A DNA stretch of 64,000 nucleotides from Clostridia bacterium (GCA_029068165.1 JAIEDA010000018.1:74065-138064), one strand, 5' to 3'; shown: positions 36,469 through 47,229, numbered from the stretch's first letter. Notes: generated by a model from the letters alone, not told the origin. Translations and numbers: made by a program.

Positions 36469-37749
36469 ATGGAGAAAAACTTATACGATAAAATTTGCGA
36501 GATAAACGGTAAAGTCAAGGCTAGATTTTGTATGCCGTCGCATAGCGGCGTAGGAACGGGCGATAAACTTTACGCTTCCGCTTCTTTCGATTGGACGGAA
36601 GTAGAAGGATTGGACAATCTCCTTTGCTGCGACGACGCGATACTCAAAACGCAGCAAAGAATTGCTAAGAGCCTTGGATATAAGTACGCTTTGGCGCTCA
36701 CGCAGGGTTCGACTTGCGGTATGCATATCGCCGTAAACGTTGTTAAGGAAAGGTCTAGAGTTGTCGTCGCAATAGGAGATATGCATAAGTCTTTTTACGC
36801 GGCTTGCAGGCTTTACGGCGCGCAAGTGATTAATATCGAGAAGTTGGAAAGCTACGATTTTAAGGACGAGAAAATCGGCGGGATATTCGTCGCTTCGCCC
36901 GACTATTTCGGCAACTGCAAGGACTTGTCGCAGCTTAGAAAAATCGCCGACAAATTGCGCGCTTATCTCGTAGTAGACGAGGCGCACGGAGCGCATTTTG
37001 CGTACGCTTCTACGCTGCCCGACAACGCTAACAAGTACGCGGATATAGCGATTACGAGTATGCACAAGACTTTGCCAGTCTATGGCGGCGGAGCGCTCGT
37101 GTGCGTCAATACGTTAGAACTTAAACTTAAGTGCGAGGGCTATAGGGCTTTGATACATTCCACCTCGCCCAACTATTTGACTATGGCGAGTATGGACTAC
37201 GCCGATTTATATATGCGCGAAAACGGCGAAAAAGAGTACGCGAAAGTCAAAACGAAGATTGAAGAGTTTGCAAAAAAACTTACCGTCGGAAAAGTTGTGA
37301 AAAACGACGACTTTACCCGCCTTATCGTCAAAATCGAGGGCAAAAACGCATATAAAGCAAATCTTGATTTGATAGAGCGGGGAATTTACGCGGAAATGGC
37401 AAAGGACGATTTATTAGTGTTTATCGTTACTCCGTTCAACTGCGACAAACTAGACTTGCTCGCCCGCGAGCTTGGCGAGCTTTCTTTTGAGGACGGAGAA
37501 AGTATTGACGGCAGTTTTTGCGGCGAAGCGAGAAAGACTATACCCGCCGATTTGCAAGGCGAAATCGATTACGTGAATATAGACGAAGCTCTCGGCAGGG
37601 TTTGCGCCGAAGACGTAGGGGTTTATCCGCCCGGAGTGCCGTTTATTATGCGAGGGGAAGTAATAGACGAAAATCGTTTGCAGATGATAAAAAAATACCG
37701 CAATCAACTCTTTGGACTTGCTAGCGGACTTATAGCTGTGATAAAATAG
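36469..37749 (+). CDS. Orn/Lys/Arg decarboxylase-family PLP enzyme (YaaO-like)
   Basis: 426 aa. ITSMHKTLPV holds the PLP lysine. Position upstream of tmk-holB-ricT matches the Bacillus yaaO context. Confidence 0.75.
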   Translation: MEKNLYDKICEINGKVKARFCMPSHSGVGTGDKLYASASFDWTEVEGLDNLLCCDDAILKTQQRIAKSLGYKYALALTQGSTCGMHIAVNVVKERSRVVVAIGDMHKSFYAACRLYGAQVINIEKLESYDFKDEKIGGIFVASPDYFGNCKDLSQLRKIADKLRAYLVVDEAHGAHFAYASTLPDNANKYADIAITSMHKTLPVYGGGALVCVNTLELKLKCEGYRALIHSTSPNYLTMASMDYADLYMRENGEKEYAKVKTKIEEFAKKLTVGKVVKNDDFTRLIVKIEGKNAYKANLDLIERGIYAEMAKDDLLVFIVTPFNCDKLDLLARELGELSFEDGESIDGSFCGEARKTIPADLQGEIDYVNIDEALGRVCAEDVGVYPPGVPFIMRGEVIDENRLQMIKKYRNQLFGLASGLIAVIK

Positions 37750-37768
37750 ATATCGAGTAGGAGAAGTT

Positions 37769-38398
37769 ATGAAGGGCAAGTTTATCACTTTTGAAGGCGG
37801 CGAGGGAGTAGGCAAGACTACTCAGCTGAAATTGATACGCGAATATCTTAGCAAAAATGGCGTTGACGCGGTTTTTTTAAGAGAACCCGGCGGCAACGCT
37901 ATTTCCGAAAAGATACGCGCGATAATTCTCGACAGGGCAAACGAAGGTATGTGCGGGATTTGCGAAGCTATGTTGTACAGCGCGGCAAGAGCTCAACTGT
38001 GCGAAGAGGTTATTAGACCCGCTCTAGAGAGCGGAAAGCTCGTCGTTTGCGATAGATTTATCGACTCTACTTTCGCCTATCAAGGCGTTGCGAGAGGGCT
38101 GGGCGCGGAGAAGATAGACGTACTCAACTCGTTGGCTTGCGGAGATATAACGCCCGACCTTACGATATTTCTCGACTTACCGCCAAGATTGGCTTTTGAG
38201 AGAAAGGGCGGCGCGGACGTCAACGACAGGCTCGAGCAAGAGGGAATGAATTTCCATATCAAAGTTTACGAGGGATACAAACTCGCAGCAGCGCGCAACG
38301 CCGATAGAATAGTAGAAATTGACTGCTCTAGCGAAGCGGCGGCTACTCACGAAAGGATAGTGGACGTTCTTATCGAAAGAGGAATTTTAGAGAGATGA
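37769..38398 (+). CDS. tmk: dTMP (thymidylate) kinase
   Basis: 209 aa. FITFEGGEGVGKTTQ P-loop, and DRFIDSTFAYQG. Confidence 0.93.
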   Translation: MKGKFITFEGGEGVGKTTQLKLIREYLSKNGVDAVFLREPGGNAISEKIRAIILDRANEGMCGICEAMLYSAARAQLCEEVIRPALESGKLVVCDRFIDSTFAYQGVARGLGAEKIDVLNSLACGDITPDLTIFLDLPPRLAFERKGGADVNDRLEQEGMNFHIKVYEGYKLAAARNADRIVEIDCSSEAAATHERIVDVLIERGILER

Positions 38399-39348
38399 TA
38401 AAGTATCGAGAGCTACTTGAGAATACCAAAGCGTATAAGGTTTTGGACGGGGATATAAGAGAGGGCAGGCTCAATCATTGCTATATGATCACAAGCGAGG
38501 ACGAACTGGCTCTCGACGGAATATGTACGCTGTTCGCCCAAAGAATACTTTGCAAAGACGGCGGTTGCGGCAAGTGCGTGTCCTGTATGAAAGTCGAGGA
38601 CAACAATCACGAGGGCGTATACGAACCCAAGAACCTCAAAGCCGACGGCATAAGAGAATTTATTGAAAAAGTCTATATCACCGGCGATAACGACGTAAAG
38701 GTTATGATTATCCGAAGATTGGACCAAGTCGACGTAAAGGTGCAAAACTTTTTGCTTAAGAGCTTGGAAGAGCCTGTCGACGGCGTGGTGTTTGCGCTTG
38801 GAGTACAAAGACAGACCGCGGTGCTGGATACGATAAAATCGCGCAGCAAAAAACTTTCTCTTGCGCCTTTTTCCAAAGAAAGCTTAAAAGATTACTTTTC
38901 CAAGGAATTTCGAGGTTATTCCAAAGCCGTGACGACAGAAGCGGTGGACTGTTCGCTCGGCAGCTTGACTAGGTGCGACGAACTTCTCAACGACGAAGAT
39001 TTTGCGGGCGATATGACCGACGTTATTTTTATGCTCAAAGGTCTTACGTCAAGTAAGGTCAATCTCAAAATGCAAAGGCGATTGGATATAAAAGGCGGAA
39101 AACTCGTCAAGTATCTTGATATAATGCAGCTTATTTGCGGAGTTTTGCTTAAGAAAAAGACGGGAGTTGCAGTTGACGGCTTTGAAAAGGTCAACGCTCT
39201 TATGGATACGTTCAACGTTCCTACGCTGGTCAATTTCAACGAGCTTATCGTAAACGCTAAGCAAAAGGTCGAGAGCTACTGCAAGGAAGAAAATATTCTC
39301 GACAATCTATTTATTAAACTTTTGGAGGTAAAATACCTATGCCGATGA
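38395..39348 (+). CDS. holB: DNA polymerase III delta-prime subunit (P-loop degenerate)
   Basis: 317 aa. Zn module CGKCVSC, and LLKSLEEP. ATGA overlap with tmk. Confidence 0.8.
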   Translation: MIKYRELLENTKAYKVLDGDIREGRLNHCYMITSEDELALDGICTLFAQRILCKDGGCGKCVSCMKVEDNNHEGVYEPKNLKADGIREFIEKVYITGDNDVKVMIIRRLDQVDVKVQNFLLKSLEEPVDGVVFALGVQRQTAVLDTIKSRSKKLSLAPFSKESLKDYFSKEFRGYSKAVTTEAVDCSLGSLTRCDELLNDEDFAGDMTDVIFMLKGLTSSKVNLKMQRRLDIKGGKLVKYLDIMQLICGVLLKKKTGVAVDGFEKVNALMDTFNVPTLVNFNELIVNAKQKVESYCKEENILDNLFIKLLEVKYLCR

Positions 39349-40229
39349 TAGTAGGCGTTAAGTTTGGGCAAAAGAGTTGCGGAAAGCAGTACTTTTTCGA
39401 CCCGTTGGATATAACTTTTGAAGAAGGAGAGGGAGCTATCGTCGAAACCGCTCGCGGTTTGGAACTCGTTCGTATTACTCAAGCCAACACTTTCGTAAGC
39501 GACGAAGACATAAAGACGCCTCTAAAGCCTGTGGTCAGGAAAGCTACTGCCGACGACGAGCAAAGAGTTAAAGAAAATCTAGAAAAACGCGAGGGAGCTT
39601 TGAAACTATGCCAAAAGTGCATAGATAAACGCGGACTTAAGATGAAACTCGTCGACGCCGAGTATTCTTTCGACCGCTCAAAGATTACGTTCAGCTTTAC
39701 CGCCGACGGAAGAGTCGACTTTAGAGAGCTAGTCAAGGATATGGCAAGCAAAATGCGTATGAGGATAGAGCTTCGCCAAATTTACGAACGCGACGATATA
39801 AGAATCAAAGGCGCAATGGGCGCGTGCGGCAGGGAATGTTGCTGTATATCTCACCTTTGCGATTATGAAAAAGCTACCGTAAAAATGGCTAAGAATCAAA
39901 ATCTATCCCTCAATCCCACCAAGGTCAGCGGTATGTGCGGAAAACTTATGTGCTGTCTTAAGTACGAAAACGACTTTTACGTCGAGGCGAATAAAAAGCT
40001 GCCGAAAGTCGGCGCCCTCGTCAAAGTAAACGAAGGTCAGGGGCGGGTAGAAGAAACTGACTTGCTCAAAGAGAGAATTAAGGTATCTATAGAAAGAAAC
40101 GACGGAGTAGAGCAAAACTATTATCAAGTCGGCGAGTTTGAAGTATTGTCTTGTCCAAAGGGCTGCGGCAAAAAAGAGAGCGTAAGCGACGAGGCGGACG
40201 AAAGCGAACTTGCAAAACTCGAAGATTGA
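39339..40229 (+). CDS. ricT: PSP1-domain regulatory iron-sulfur protein RicT/YaaT
   Basis: 296 aa. PSP1 core with the CGRECCCISHL and CGKLMCCLKYE cysteine clusters. Conserved position after holB. Confidence 0.85.
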   Translation: MPMIVGVKFGQKSCGKQYFFDPLDITFEEGEGAIVETARGLELVRITQANTFVSDEDIKTPLKPVVRKATADDEQRVKENLEKREGALKLCQKCIDKRGLKMKLVDAEYSFDRSKITFSFTADGRVDFRELVKDMASKMRMRIELRQIYERDDIRIKGAMGACGRECCCISHLCDYEKATVKMAKNQNLSLNPTKVSGMCGKLMCCLKYENDFYVEANKKLPKVGALVKVNEGQGRVEETDLLKERIKVSIERNDGVEQNYYQVGEFEVLSCPKGCGKKESVSDEADESELAKLED

Positions 40230-40260
40230 GATTTTTTCTCAAATTATCCTTCGATAAGTC

Positions 40261-40289
40261 TTTACAAATTTTTCGCTTTGTGCTAGAAT
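40261..40289 (+). promoter_or_regulatory. sigma-A type promoter (extended -10) for the ferredoxin gene
   Basis: TTTACA (40261-66), 17 nt, TGC-TAGAAT (-10 at 40284-89). Confidence 0.5.
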
Positions 40290-40322
40290 AAACGTAATCT
40301 ACAAAAGGAGAATTATTGTACT

Positions 40323-40493
40323 ATGGCATACGTTATCGGTGAAGATTGCATCAAATGCGGCGCTTGCGCGGAGGGATGTCCGGTTAGCGCGATTTCCGAA
40401 GGCGACGATAGATACGTTATAGACGCGGACGTTTGCATCAGCTGCGGTTCTTGCGCGGCAGGTTGTCCCGTATCTACCATCTCGGAAGATTAA
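40323..40493 (+). CDS. 2x[4Fe-4S] ferredoxin (56 aa; below the ORF-track cutoff)
   Basis: Manual translation gives MAYVIGEDCIKCGACAEGCPVSAISEGDDRYVIDADVCISCGSCAAGCPVSTISED, with two CxxCxxCxxxCP motifs. RBS AAGGAG. Confidence 0.9.
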   Translation: MAYVIGEDCIKCGACAEGCPVSAISEGDDRYVIDADVCISCGSCAAGCPVSTISED

Positions 40494-40731
40494 TCAAATA
40501 GCAATCATTGACATAGGTATTCGCCAAAGTTCGTCGCTTAAAGCGGTCCAAGGTCGAATCCCTATATCAATTACACAAAATGTTAGCGTAAGCGAACTTT
40601 TCCGCCCGAGTAATCGAGCGGTTTTTTATATTGTCAAGTTTTTTCACTATTTTTCAAAAAAGTGGTACCTTGTTCTTTTATTTTATAATATTTTATGTTA
40701 GAATATAAGAGTATAAGCAATCGGAGGGCAA

Positions 40732-41640
40732 ATGAAGAGAGATTTTTTGGCGATGGCGGACGTTGACGGGTCGCAACTCGAGCAGCTGCTTATTCGCTCC
40801 GACTTTATGAAAAAGAAAATCGTCGACGGCGATAAGGATATGGATTTGCTCAAAGGCAAAAACGTCATTACGCTGTTTTATGAAAATTCCACGCGTACGA
40901 GATGTTCGTTCGAGTCGGCGGCAAAATATCTCGGAGCTTACGCAGTGGGCATTACCACTAGCGGCTCGAGCGTAAAGAAGGGCGAGAGTTTGATAGACAC
41001 AGCCGTTACGCTGGATAAGATGATGGCGGACGTGATTATCATAAGACATTCGGTCGCGGGCGCGCCTAGGATTATCGCAGCTCACACTAAGGCTAGCGTT
41101 ATCAATGCGGGCGACGGTATGCACGCTCATCCCACGCAGGCGCTTTTGGATATGTATACTATGCGCGAAAAGTTCGGTTCGCTCAAAGGCTTGGAAGTGG
41201 CGATTATCGGCGACGTAAAACATTCTAGAGTTGCGCAAAGCAATATCGTCGGACTTAGCAAGATGGGAGCGAAAGTCAAAGTATTCGCGCCGAATACGCT
41301 GATGCCAAAGGGTATAGAAAACCAGCCTTGCAAGGTGTGCAAGAACGTCGACGAGGCTTTTAAGGGCAGCGACGTAATAATGGGTCTTAGAATACAGTTG
41401 GAAAGACAGCAAAAAGGACTTTTCCCAAGTATAGAGGAATACAGCAGGTTCTACGGCGTGACCGCCGAGAGAATGAAGCTTTGCAACGCGGGCGCGATAG
41501 TTATGCACCCAGGACCGGCAAATAGAGGAATAGAGATAGACTGCGACGTGCTGGATTCGCAGGTTTGTTATAAGGACGAACAAGTTACCAACGGCGTAGC
41601 CACGAGAATGGCGCTATTGGAGTGGGTAAGTTCGGTTTAG
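40732..41640 (+). CDS. pyrB: aspartate carbamoyltransferase catalytic subunit
   Basis: 302 aa. ENSTRTR, HPTQ and HPGP motifs. Confidence 0.93.
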   Translation: MKRDFLAMADVDGSQLEQLLIRSDFMKKKIVDGDKDMDLLKGKNVITLFYENSTRTRCSFESAAKYLGAYAVGITTSGSSVKKGESLIDTAVTLDKMMADVIIIRHSVAGAPRIIAAHTKASVINAGDGMHAHPTQALLDMYTMREKFGSLKGLEVAIIGDVKHSRVAQSNIVGLSKMGAKVKVFAPNTLMPKGIENQPCKVCKNVDEAFKGSDVIMGLRIQLERQQKGLFPSIEEYSRFYGVTAERMKLCNAGAIVMHPGPANRGIEIDCDVLDSQVCYKDEQVTNGVATRMALLEWVSSV

Positions 41641-41734
41641 AAATCTAAAATACGAGTGAGCTGCGAATTGCCCGAAAACCCTTTGGAGCGGTCAGGTTCG
41701 CTTTGGACGACAATACGAAATTAAGGAGAAAAAT

Positions 41735-42991
41735 ATGGCTATACTTATCAAAAACGCTTTAGTCGACGGCAAAAAAACGGACATTGCAATTCAAGGCAAT
41801 AGAATAAGCGGTATAGGCAAGAATTTGAAAGGAACTTTCGACGAGGTGATTGAAGCGGACGGCTTGACGGCTCTTCCCGCTTTCATAGATATGCACACGC
41901 ATTTGAGAGAACCGGGCTTCGAGTACAAAGAGGATATCGCCAGCGGCAGCGCGGCGGCGGTTGCGGGAGGATTTTCCACCGTTTGCTGTATGCCCAACAC
42001 AAAGCCCGTCACGGACAACAAGTATATCGTAAGTTATATCGTCAACAAAGCAAAGCAAGTCGATCTTGCAAAGGTTTATCCGATAGGAGCGATTACGGTC
42101 GGACTTAAAGGCGAAGCTATGGCTGAGATGGGCAGTATGAAAGAGGCGGGAGCGATTGCGATGAGCGACGACGGACAACCCGTCACTACCGCGCAAATGA
42201 TGAGACTTGCGCTTGAGTACGCAAAAGATTACGACTTGCTCTTGTGCAGTCATTGCGAAGAAAAATCGTTGATAAACGAAGGCGTGGTCAACGAGGGCGA
42301 GAACGCTACGCGCGCAGGCTTGAAAGGTATTCCTTCCTGCGCCGAGGATATAATGATAGCGAGAGAGATTATCCTTGCTGAAATGCTTGACACGAAAGTT
42401 CATATTTGCCACGTATCCACGGCTAGCGGCGTTCAGTTGATAAGAGAAGCGAAAGCTAGGGGAGTAAAAGTATCGTGCGAAACCTGTCCGCACTATATCG
42501 CGGGTACCGACGAGCTTATTTTGGACTACAATACCGCAAGCAAGGTCAATCCGCCGCTTAGAACGGAGAAGGATAGGCAGGCCATACTCAAGGGTATTGC
42601 CGACGGAACGATAGACGTAATCGCTACCGACCACGCTCCTCATCACTCCGAGGACAAGCTGGTAGATTTTTCGCTCGCCGCCAACGGTATAAGCGGACTT
42701 GAAACGGCTTTCGCGCTCAGCTATACCTATCTCGTAGACAGCGGAGTAATTACTTTGGGTAAATTGTCCGAACTTATGAGCCGACGTCCCGCCAAGCTTT
42801 TGGGATTGGAAAGCGGAAAGCTGGAAAAGGACGGACTTGCCGATATTACGCTAGTAGACTTGAATAAAGAGTACGCGATAGACGCTAAGACTTTCAAATC
42901 AAAGGGCAAGAACACGCCTTTCGACGGTTGGAAAGTCAAGGGCAAAGTAGTAAAAACCATAGTAGAAGGAAAAATTAAATACTCGCTTTGA
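41735..42991 (+). CDS. pyrC: dihydroorotase
   Basis: 418 aa. DMHTHLREPG, and ATDHAPH. Confidence 0.93.
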   Translation: MAILIKNALVDGKKTDIAIQGNRISGIGKNLKGTFDEVIEADGLTALPAFIDMHTHLREPGFEYKEDIASGSAAAVAGGFSTVCCMPNTKPVTDNKYIVSYIVNKAKQVDLAKVYPIGAITVGLKGEAMAEMGSMKEAGAIAMSDDGQPVTTAQMMRLALEYAKDYDLLLCSHCEEKSLINEGVVNEGENATRAGLKGIPSCAEDIMIAREIILAEMLDTKVHICHVSTASGVQLIREAKARGVKVSCETCPHYIAGTDELILDYNTASKVNPPLRTEKDRQAILKGIADGTIDVIATDHAPHHSEDKLVDFSLAANGISGLETAFALSYTYLVDSGVITLGKLSELMSRRPAKLLGLESGKLEKDGLADITLVDLNKEYAIDAKTFKSKGKNTPFDGWKVKGKVVKTIVEGKIKYSL

Positions 42992-43004
42992 TTAGGAGAA
43001 AAAT

Positions 43005-43910
43005 ATGATAATCGACAAACTTATAGACAGGATAAAAGAAACGGACAATCCGTCGGTGATAGGACTTGACACTTGCATAGACTATTTGCCCGACGAAATG
43101 CGCTCGAAATGCGTCACGCTCAAAGAAGCGGCGAGCCAAATAGCCGAGTTTAACTTTGACTTGATTGACGCGCTCAAGGATGTGATACCTGCCGTCAAGG
43201 TTCAAATTGCGTACTACGAAATGTACGGAGTGGACGGATTTTTGGCGTTTAGAGATACCGTCAAATACGCAAGGGAAAGCGGACTGCTCGTCATCTCCGA
43301 TATAAAGCGTAACGACATAGGTTCTACGGCAAGCGCGTACAGCAAGGCGCATATAGGTAAGACGGTTTTGGCTGACGGCAGCGAGGTCACTCCTTTCGAA
43401 ACGGACTTTATCACCGTCAACGGCTATCTCGGCAGCGACGGAATACTACCGTTCGTAGCCGACTGTAAGAAGTACGACAAGGGCGCGTTCGCTCTAGTCA
43501 AGACTTCAAATCCCACCAGCGGAGAACTGCAAGATAGGACTATGGACGACGGCAGGACGCTCTACGATAATATGGCTTCGCTAGTCGATACTTGGGGCAA
43601 GGAGCTTATCGGCAAGTACGGTTATAGCTCGATAGGCGCGGTTGTCGGCGCAACTCACGCCGAACAAGCTAAGCTGATACGCAAGGCGCACCCGAATACG
43701 TTCTTCCTTATCCCCGGCTACGGAGCGCAGGGCGGCAAGGCTGAAGATTTGGCGGTATGCTTTGAAAACGGTATCGGAGGCATAGTCAATTCTTCGCGCG
43801 GCATACTTTGCGCTTACAGGAAAGACGCGTATAGAGGACTCGACTATAGAGAAGCGGCGCTTAAGGCGTGCTTGGACATGAAGGAAGATATCAATAAATA
43901 CATAAAATAA
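43005..43910 (+). CDS. pyrF: orotidine 5'-phosphate decarboxylase (long, type 2)
   Basis: 301 aa. VKVQIAYYE, ISDIKRNDIGST and PGYGAQGG motifs. Confidence 0.9.
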   Translation: MIIDKLIDRIKETDNPSVIGLDTCIDYLPDEMRSKCVTLKEAASQIAEFNFDLIDALKDVIPAVKVQIAYYEMYGVDGFLAFRDTVKYARESGLLVISDIKRNDIGSTASAYSKAHIGKTVLADGSEVTPFETDFITVNGYLGSDGILPFVADCKKYDKGAFALVKTSNPTSGELQDRTMDDGRTLYDNMASLVDTWGKELIGKYGYSSIGAVVGATHAEQAKLIRKAHPNTFFLIPGYGAQGGKAEDLAVCFENGIGGIVNSSRGILCAYRKDAYRGLDYREAALKACLDMKEDINKYIK

Positions 43911-43962
43911 CCCGTACGTAAAAACGTATAAGGTCGTATCAAATAATTCTAGGTAGGTTTTA

Positions 43963-44745
43963 ATGAGCGGAATGAAAGACAGGACGGGCGAAATCCTCGT
44001 CAATGAGAAAATCGCGAAAGACGTATATAAAATGGTCGTAGTATTCGACGATTTGCCCGAGGATATTAAGGGAGCGCAGTTTGCGCACGTAAAACTCAAC
44101 GACGCAAGCCACTTGCTTCGCAGACCTTTTTGTGTTTGCGACTTCGACAAGCAGGATAGGACGATTACGATGTGCTACGCGGTTGTCGGAAAGGGAACGG
44201 AGCTTTTGTCGCATTATAAAAAGGGCGATAAAATCAACGTTTTGTTGCCGCTTGGCAACGGTTTTACTCCCGACAAGTCTTACAAGAAGATAGTACTTCT
44301 CGGCGGCGGTATGGGAAGCGCCGTTTTGCCCGCTATCGCTACCGCCGATCCCCAGCTTGAATATTATACGTATTTAGGTTTTGCAAACGCCGACAAGGTA
44401 GTGCTCGAGGAAGAACTGAAAAAAGTATCTAAGCAAATTACCGTCGCAACCGACGACGGCAGTTACGGCAAGAAAGGCTTCGTTACGGATATACTCGCTA
44501 AAGATATGGACGCGATAAAGCCCGACGCGGTTTTTTGCTGCGGACCTGAAGTAATGTACAAAGCTTTGCGAAGAGCGTTGGAGGGATTCAACGTACCTAT
44601 CATAGTTTCGCTTGAGGCGAGAATGGGCTGCGGTATCGGCGCGTGTTTGGTGTGCAACTGCAAGGTCAAACGCAACGGGAAAGAAGAATACGCGAGAGTG
44701 TGTATAGAAGGACCGGTATTCAAACTCGACGAGGTGGTACTATGA
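43963..44745 (+). CDS. pyrK: dihydroorotate dehydrogenase electron-transfer subunit
   Basis: 260 aa. FAD/NAD-binding fold (RRPFCV) and a C-terminal 2Fe-2S cluster motif CGIGACLVCNC. Confidence 0.9.
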   Translation: MSGMKDRTGEILVNEKIAKDVYKMVVVFDDLPEDIKGAQFAHVKLNDASHLLRRPFCVCDFDKQDRTITMCYAVVGKGTELLSHYKKGDKINVLLPLGNGFTPDKSYKKIVLLGGGMGSAVLPAIATADPQLEYYTYLGFANADKVVLEEELKKVSKQITVATDDGSYGKKGFVTDILAKDMDAIKPDAVFCCGPEVMYKALRRALEGFNVPIIVSLEARMGCGIGACLVCNCKVKRNGKEEYARVCIEGPVFKLDEVVL

Positions 44746-45656
44746 GTAATTTGAAAGTAAACGTAGCAGGGGTGGAGTTCAAAAACCCGATAATCACCGC
44801 GAGCGGTACTTTCGGCTTCGGTAGAGAATACGACAGGTTTTATAATATAGACGTACTAGGCGGATTGTGCACGAAAGGTCTTACGCTCAAGCCTAGACAA
44901 GGCAATCCCTATCCTAGAATAGCCGAGAGTCCTAGCGGAATGTTGAACAGCGTAGGCTTGCAAAATCCGGGCGTGGACCACTATCTTGCAACCGACGATA
45001 TACTCTTATCCAAGCGCGACGTAATCGTAATCGCGAACGTTGCTGGCAGTTGCATAGAGGACTATATAGCCATTGCCGAGAAGATGAACGACAGTAAAGC
45101 CGATATGATAGAGCTAAACATATCCTGTCCCAACGTCAAAGAGGGCGGTATGGCTTTCGGCGTGCTTCCTAAGAACGTGGAAGCCGTTACGGCGGCGGTC
45201 AAAAAGGCTTGCAAGAACAAACCCGTAATAACAAAGCTGTCGCCCAACGTTTCCTGCATTGCCGACAATGCGCGCGCGGCGGAGCAAGGAGGAGCGGACG
45301 GAATTTCGCTCATCAATACGCTTGCGGGTATGGCGGTCAACTATAAGACGAAAAAGCCTATTCTTTTCAACAACACGGGCGGAGTCAGCGGAGCGTGCGT
45401 AAAGCCCATTGCGTTGAAAATGGTTTGGGACTGCTTCAACGCGGTAAAGATACCTATTATAGGACTTGGCGGAATAACGAGCTATACCGACGTACTCGAA
45501 TTTATGATATGCGGAGCGAGAGCCGTTGAGATAGGAACGCACAACTTTACTCAGCCGCTCGGAGCTAAAGATATAGTCGAAGATCTTACTAAGTACGTGG
45601 AAGAAAACGATATCGACGTAAACGACCTGGTAGGTTCGCTTATACTCAACGCGTAG
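44742..45656 (+). CDS. pyrD: dihydroorotate dehydrogenase 1B catalytic subunit
   Basis: Start taken at the ATGA overlap with pyrK (MSNLKVNVAGVEFKNPIITASGTFG). ELNISCPN and the GG.SG motif are present. The ORF-track start at 44643 lies inside pyrK. Confidence 0.92.
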   Translation: MSNLKVNVAGVEFKNPIITASGTFGFGREYDRFYNIDVLGGLCTKGLTLKPRQGNPYPRIAESPSGMLNSVGLQNPGVDHYLATDDILLSKRDVIVIANVAGSCIEDYIAIAEKMNDSKADMIELNISCPNVKEGGMAFGVLPKNVEAVTAAVKKACKNKPVITKLSPNVSCIADNARAAEQGGADGISLINTLAGMAVNYKTKKPILFNNTGGVSGACVKPIALKMVWDCFNAVKIPIIGLGGITSYTDVLEFMICGARAVEIGTHNFTQPLGAKDIVEDLTKYVEENDIDVNDLVGSLILNA

Positions 45657-45811
45657 GGGAAAGTAATTAAGGTAATTTATTATCTTCTTTTCCAACAAAC
45701 GGGAGTGGACGATTTTAGCGTAACCGCAAAACACTACGCTAAGTCAGCCGTAACAAAAGAAACGCAAAACAAAACGATAAAATTTACAGGATAAATCGGA
45801 GGTAAACGAAT

Positions 45812-46399
45812 ATGTTGACACAGGAACAAGCTTTGGATTGCTATAAAAAGACGGGAGCAGTTTTGAAAGGGCATTTCAAACTCACTTCGGGAAGACACAG
45901 CGATACTTATATGCAAAGCGCTAAATTGTTCATTGACACCAAGCAAAGCGAGAGAGTTTGCAAAGCTTTGGCTGAAAAACTCGAGGGCGAAAAGATAGAC
46001 TTGGTCGTATCGCCGGCGATAGGCGGAATACTTATGGGATACGAGGTTGCCCGTCAGCTTGGCGTACCCAACATCTTTGCCGAGAGAGAAAACGGCGAAA
46101 TGACGTTGCGTAGAGGTTTTTCTATTGAGCAGGGCGCTAAAGTCGTAGTAGTCGAGGACGTTGTTACAACGGGCGGTTCGGTCAAGGAAGTAGTCAAGCT
46201 CGTGCAAAGCCTTGGCGCGGAAGTCGTAGCGGTCGCTTCGCTCGTAGATAGAAGCAACGGCGCGGTAGATTTCGGAGTAAAGTACGTCAACCTTATCAGT
46301 ATGGAAGTAGTGTCGTACGAGCCCGAGGAGTGTCCGATTTGCAAAGAGGGCAAGTTGGAGCTTGTTAAGCCGGGTTCAAGACTGGTATTTAAAAAATAA
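45812..46399 (+). CDS. pyrE: orotate phosphoribosyltransferase
   Basis: 195 aa. PRPP motif VVVVEDVVTTGGS. Confidence 0.92.
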   Translation: MLTQEQALDCYKKTGAVLKGHFKLTSGRHSDTYMQSAKLFIDTKQSERVCKALAEKLEGEKIDLVVSPAIGGILMGYEVARQLGVPNIFAERENGEMTLRRGFSIEQGAKVVVVEDVVTTGGSVKEVVKLVQSLGAEVVAVASLVDRSNGAVDFGVKYVNLISMEVVSYEPEECPICKEGKLELVKPGSRLVFKK

Positions 46400-47226
46400 T
46401 GACTGATTATATCCAAAGACTGGAGCGCGCCTATAAATCGCTTAGAGAAAAGACCGACTTTTCACCCGATTTGCTGTTGATACTAGGCAGCGGACTGGGT
46501 AGCCTTGCCGACGAAATGCAAGTCGTGACGAAGATAGACTACGGCGAAATCGACGGAATGCCGACCAGCACCGTCGTCGGACACGCGGGAAGATTTTTAT
46601 TCGGATATATCAACGGAGTAAAGGTTGCGGTTATGCAGGGCAGGTTGCACTATTACGAGGGATATACTCCTCAAGAGTGCGTTATGCCGATAAGACTTAT
46701 CGCGCTTGCAGGCGCAAAGGCTATGCTGCTTACAAACGCTTCAGGCGGAATAACCTTTCCCGAGATAGGCACGCTTATGAGAATAACCGACCATATATCT
46801 TTAGTTCCTTCGCCGCTTAGAGGAGAAAACTGGGATAGGCTGGGCAAACGCTTTCCCGATATGACCAAACCTTACGACGAGAAGATTGGCAAAGCTATCG
46901 ACGGTATAGCCGACGAATTGGGAATAGTACTCGAAAAGGGCGTGTATATACAGTTTCAAGGTCCAAATTTCGAAACGGCAAGCGAGATCAAAATGGCAAA
47001 ACTTCTAGGCGCTGACGCGGTGGGTATGTCTTCGGCGATAGAAGTGATTGCCGCAAGGCACGCGGGATTGAGAGTGGCGGCGATTGCGTGCATAGTCAAT
47101 CCTGCTTGCGGAATAACCAAAGCTACGTTGGACGATATAGACGAGAGCGTAGCGGTTGAAAAGTCGGGCGACAAACTCAAGTCGCTGATTTTCAATAGTA
47201 TAGCAAAAATTAAGGAAATGCTTTAG
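46399..47226 (+). CDS. purine (or methylthioinosine) nucleoside phosphorylase, trimeric PNP family
   Basis: 275 aa. ILGSGLG, GHAGRF..G, NASGG and GMS motifs of PunA/MTAP-type phosphorylases. Confidence 0.85.
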   Translation: MTDYIQRLERAYKSLREKTDFSPDLLLILGSGLGSLADEMQVVTKIDYGEIDGMPTSTVVGHAGRFLFGYINGVKVAVMQGRLHYYEGYTPQECVMPIRLIALAGAKAMLLTNASGGITFPEIGTLMRITDHISLVPSPLRGENWDRLGKRFPDMTKPYDEKIGKAIDGIADELGIVLEKGVYIQFQGPNFETASEIKMAKLLGADAVGMSSAIEVIAARHAGLRVAAIACIVNPACGITKATLDDIDESVAVEKSGDKLKSLIFNSIAKIKEML

Positions 47227-47229
47227 CGT

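Noticed and set aside
40507-40570. A hairpin with a tRNA T-loop-like GGTCGAATCCC sequence downstream of the ferredoxin gene.
   Set aside because: No acceptor, D or anticodon arms can be drawn. Only an imperfect 18-nt inverted repeat (CATTGACATAGGTATTCG / CGAATCCCTATATCAATT) is present. It is most simply part of the ferredoxin 3' region, ahead of the terminator at about 40603-40630.
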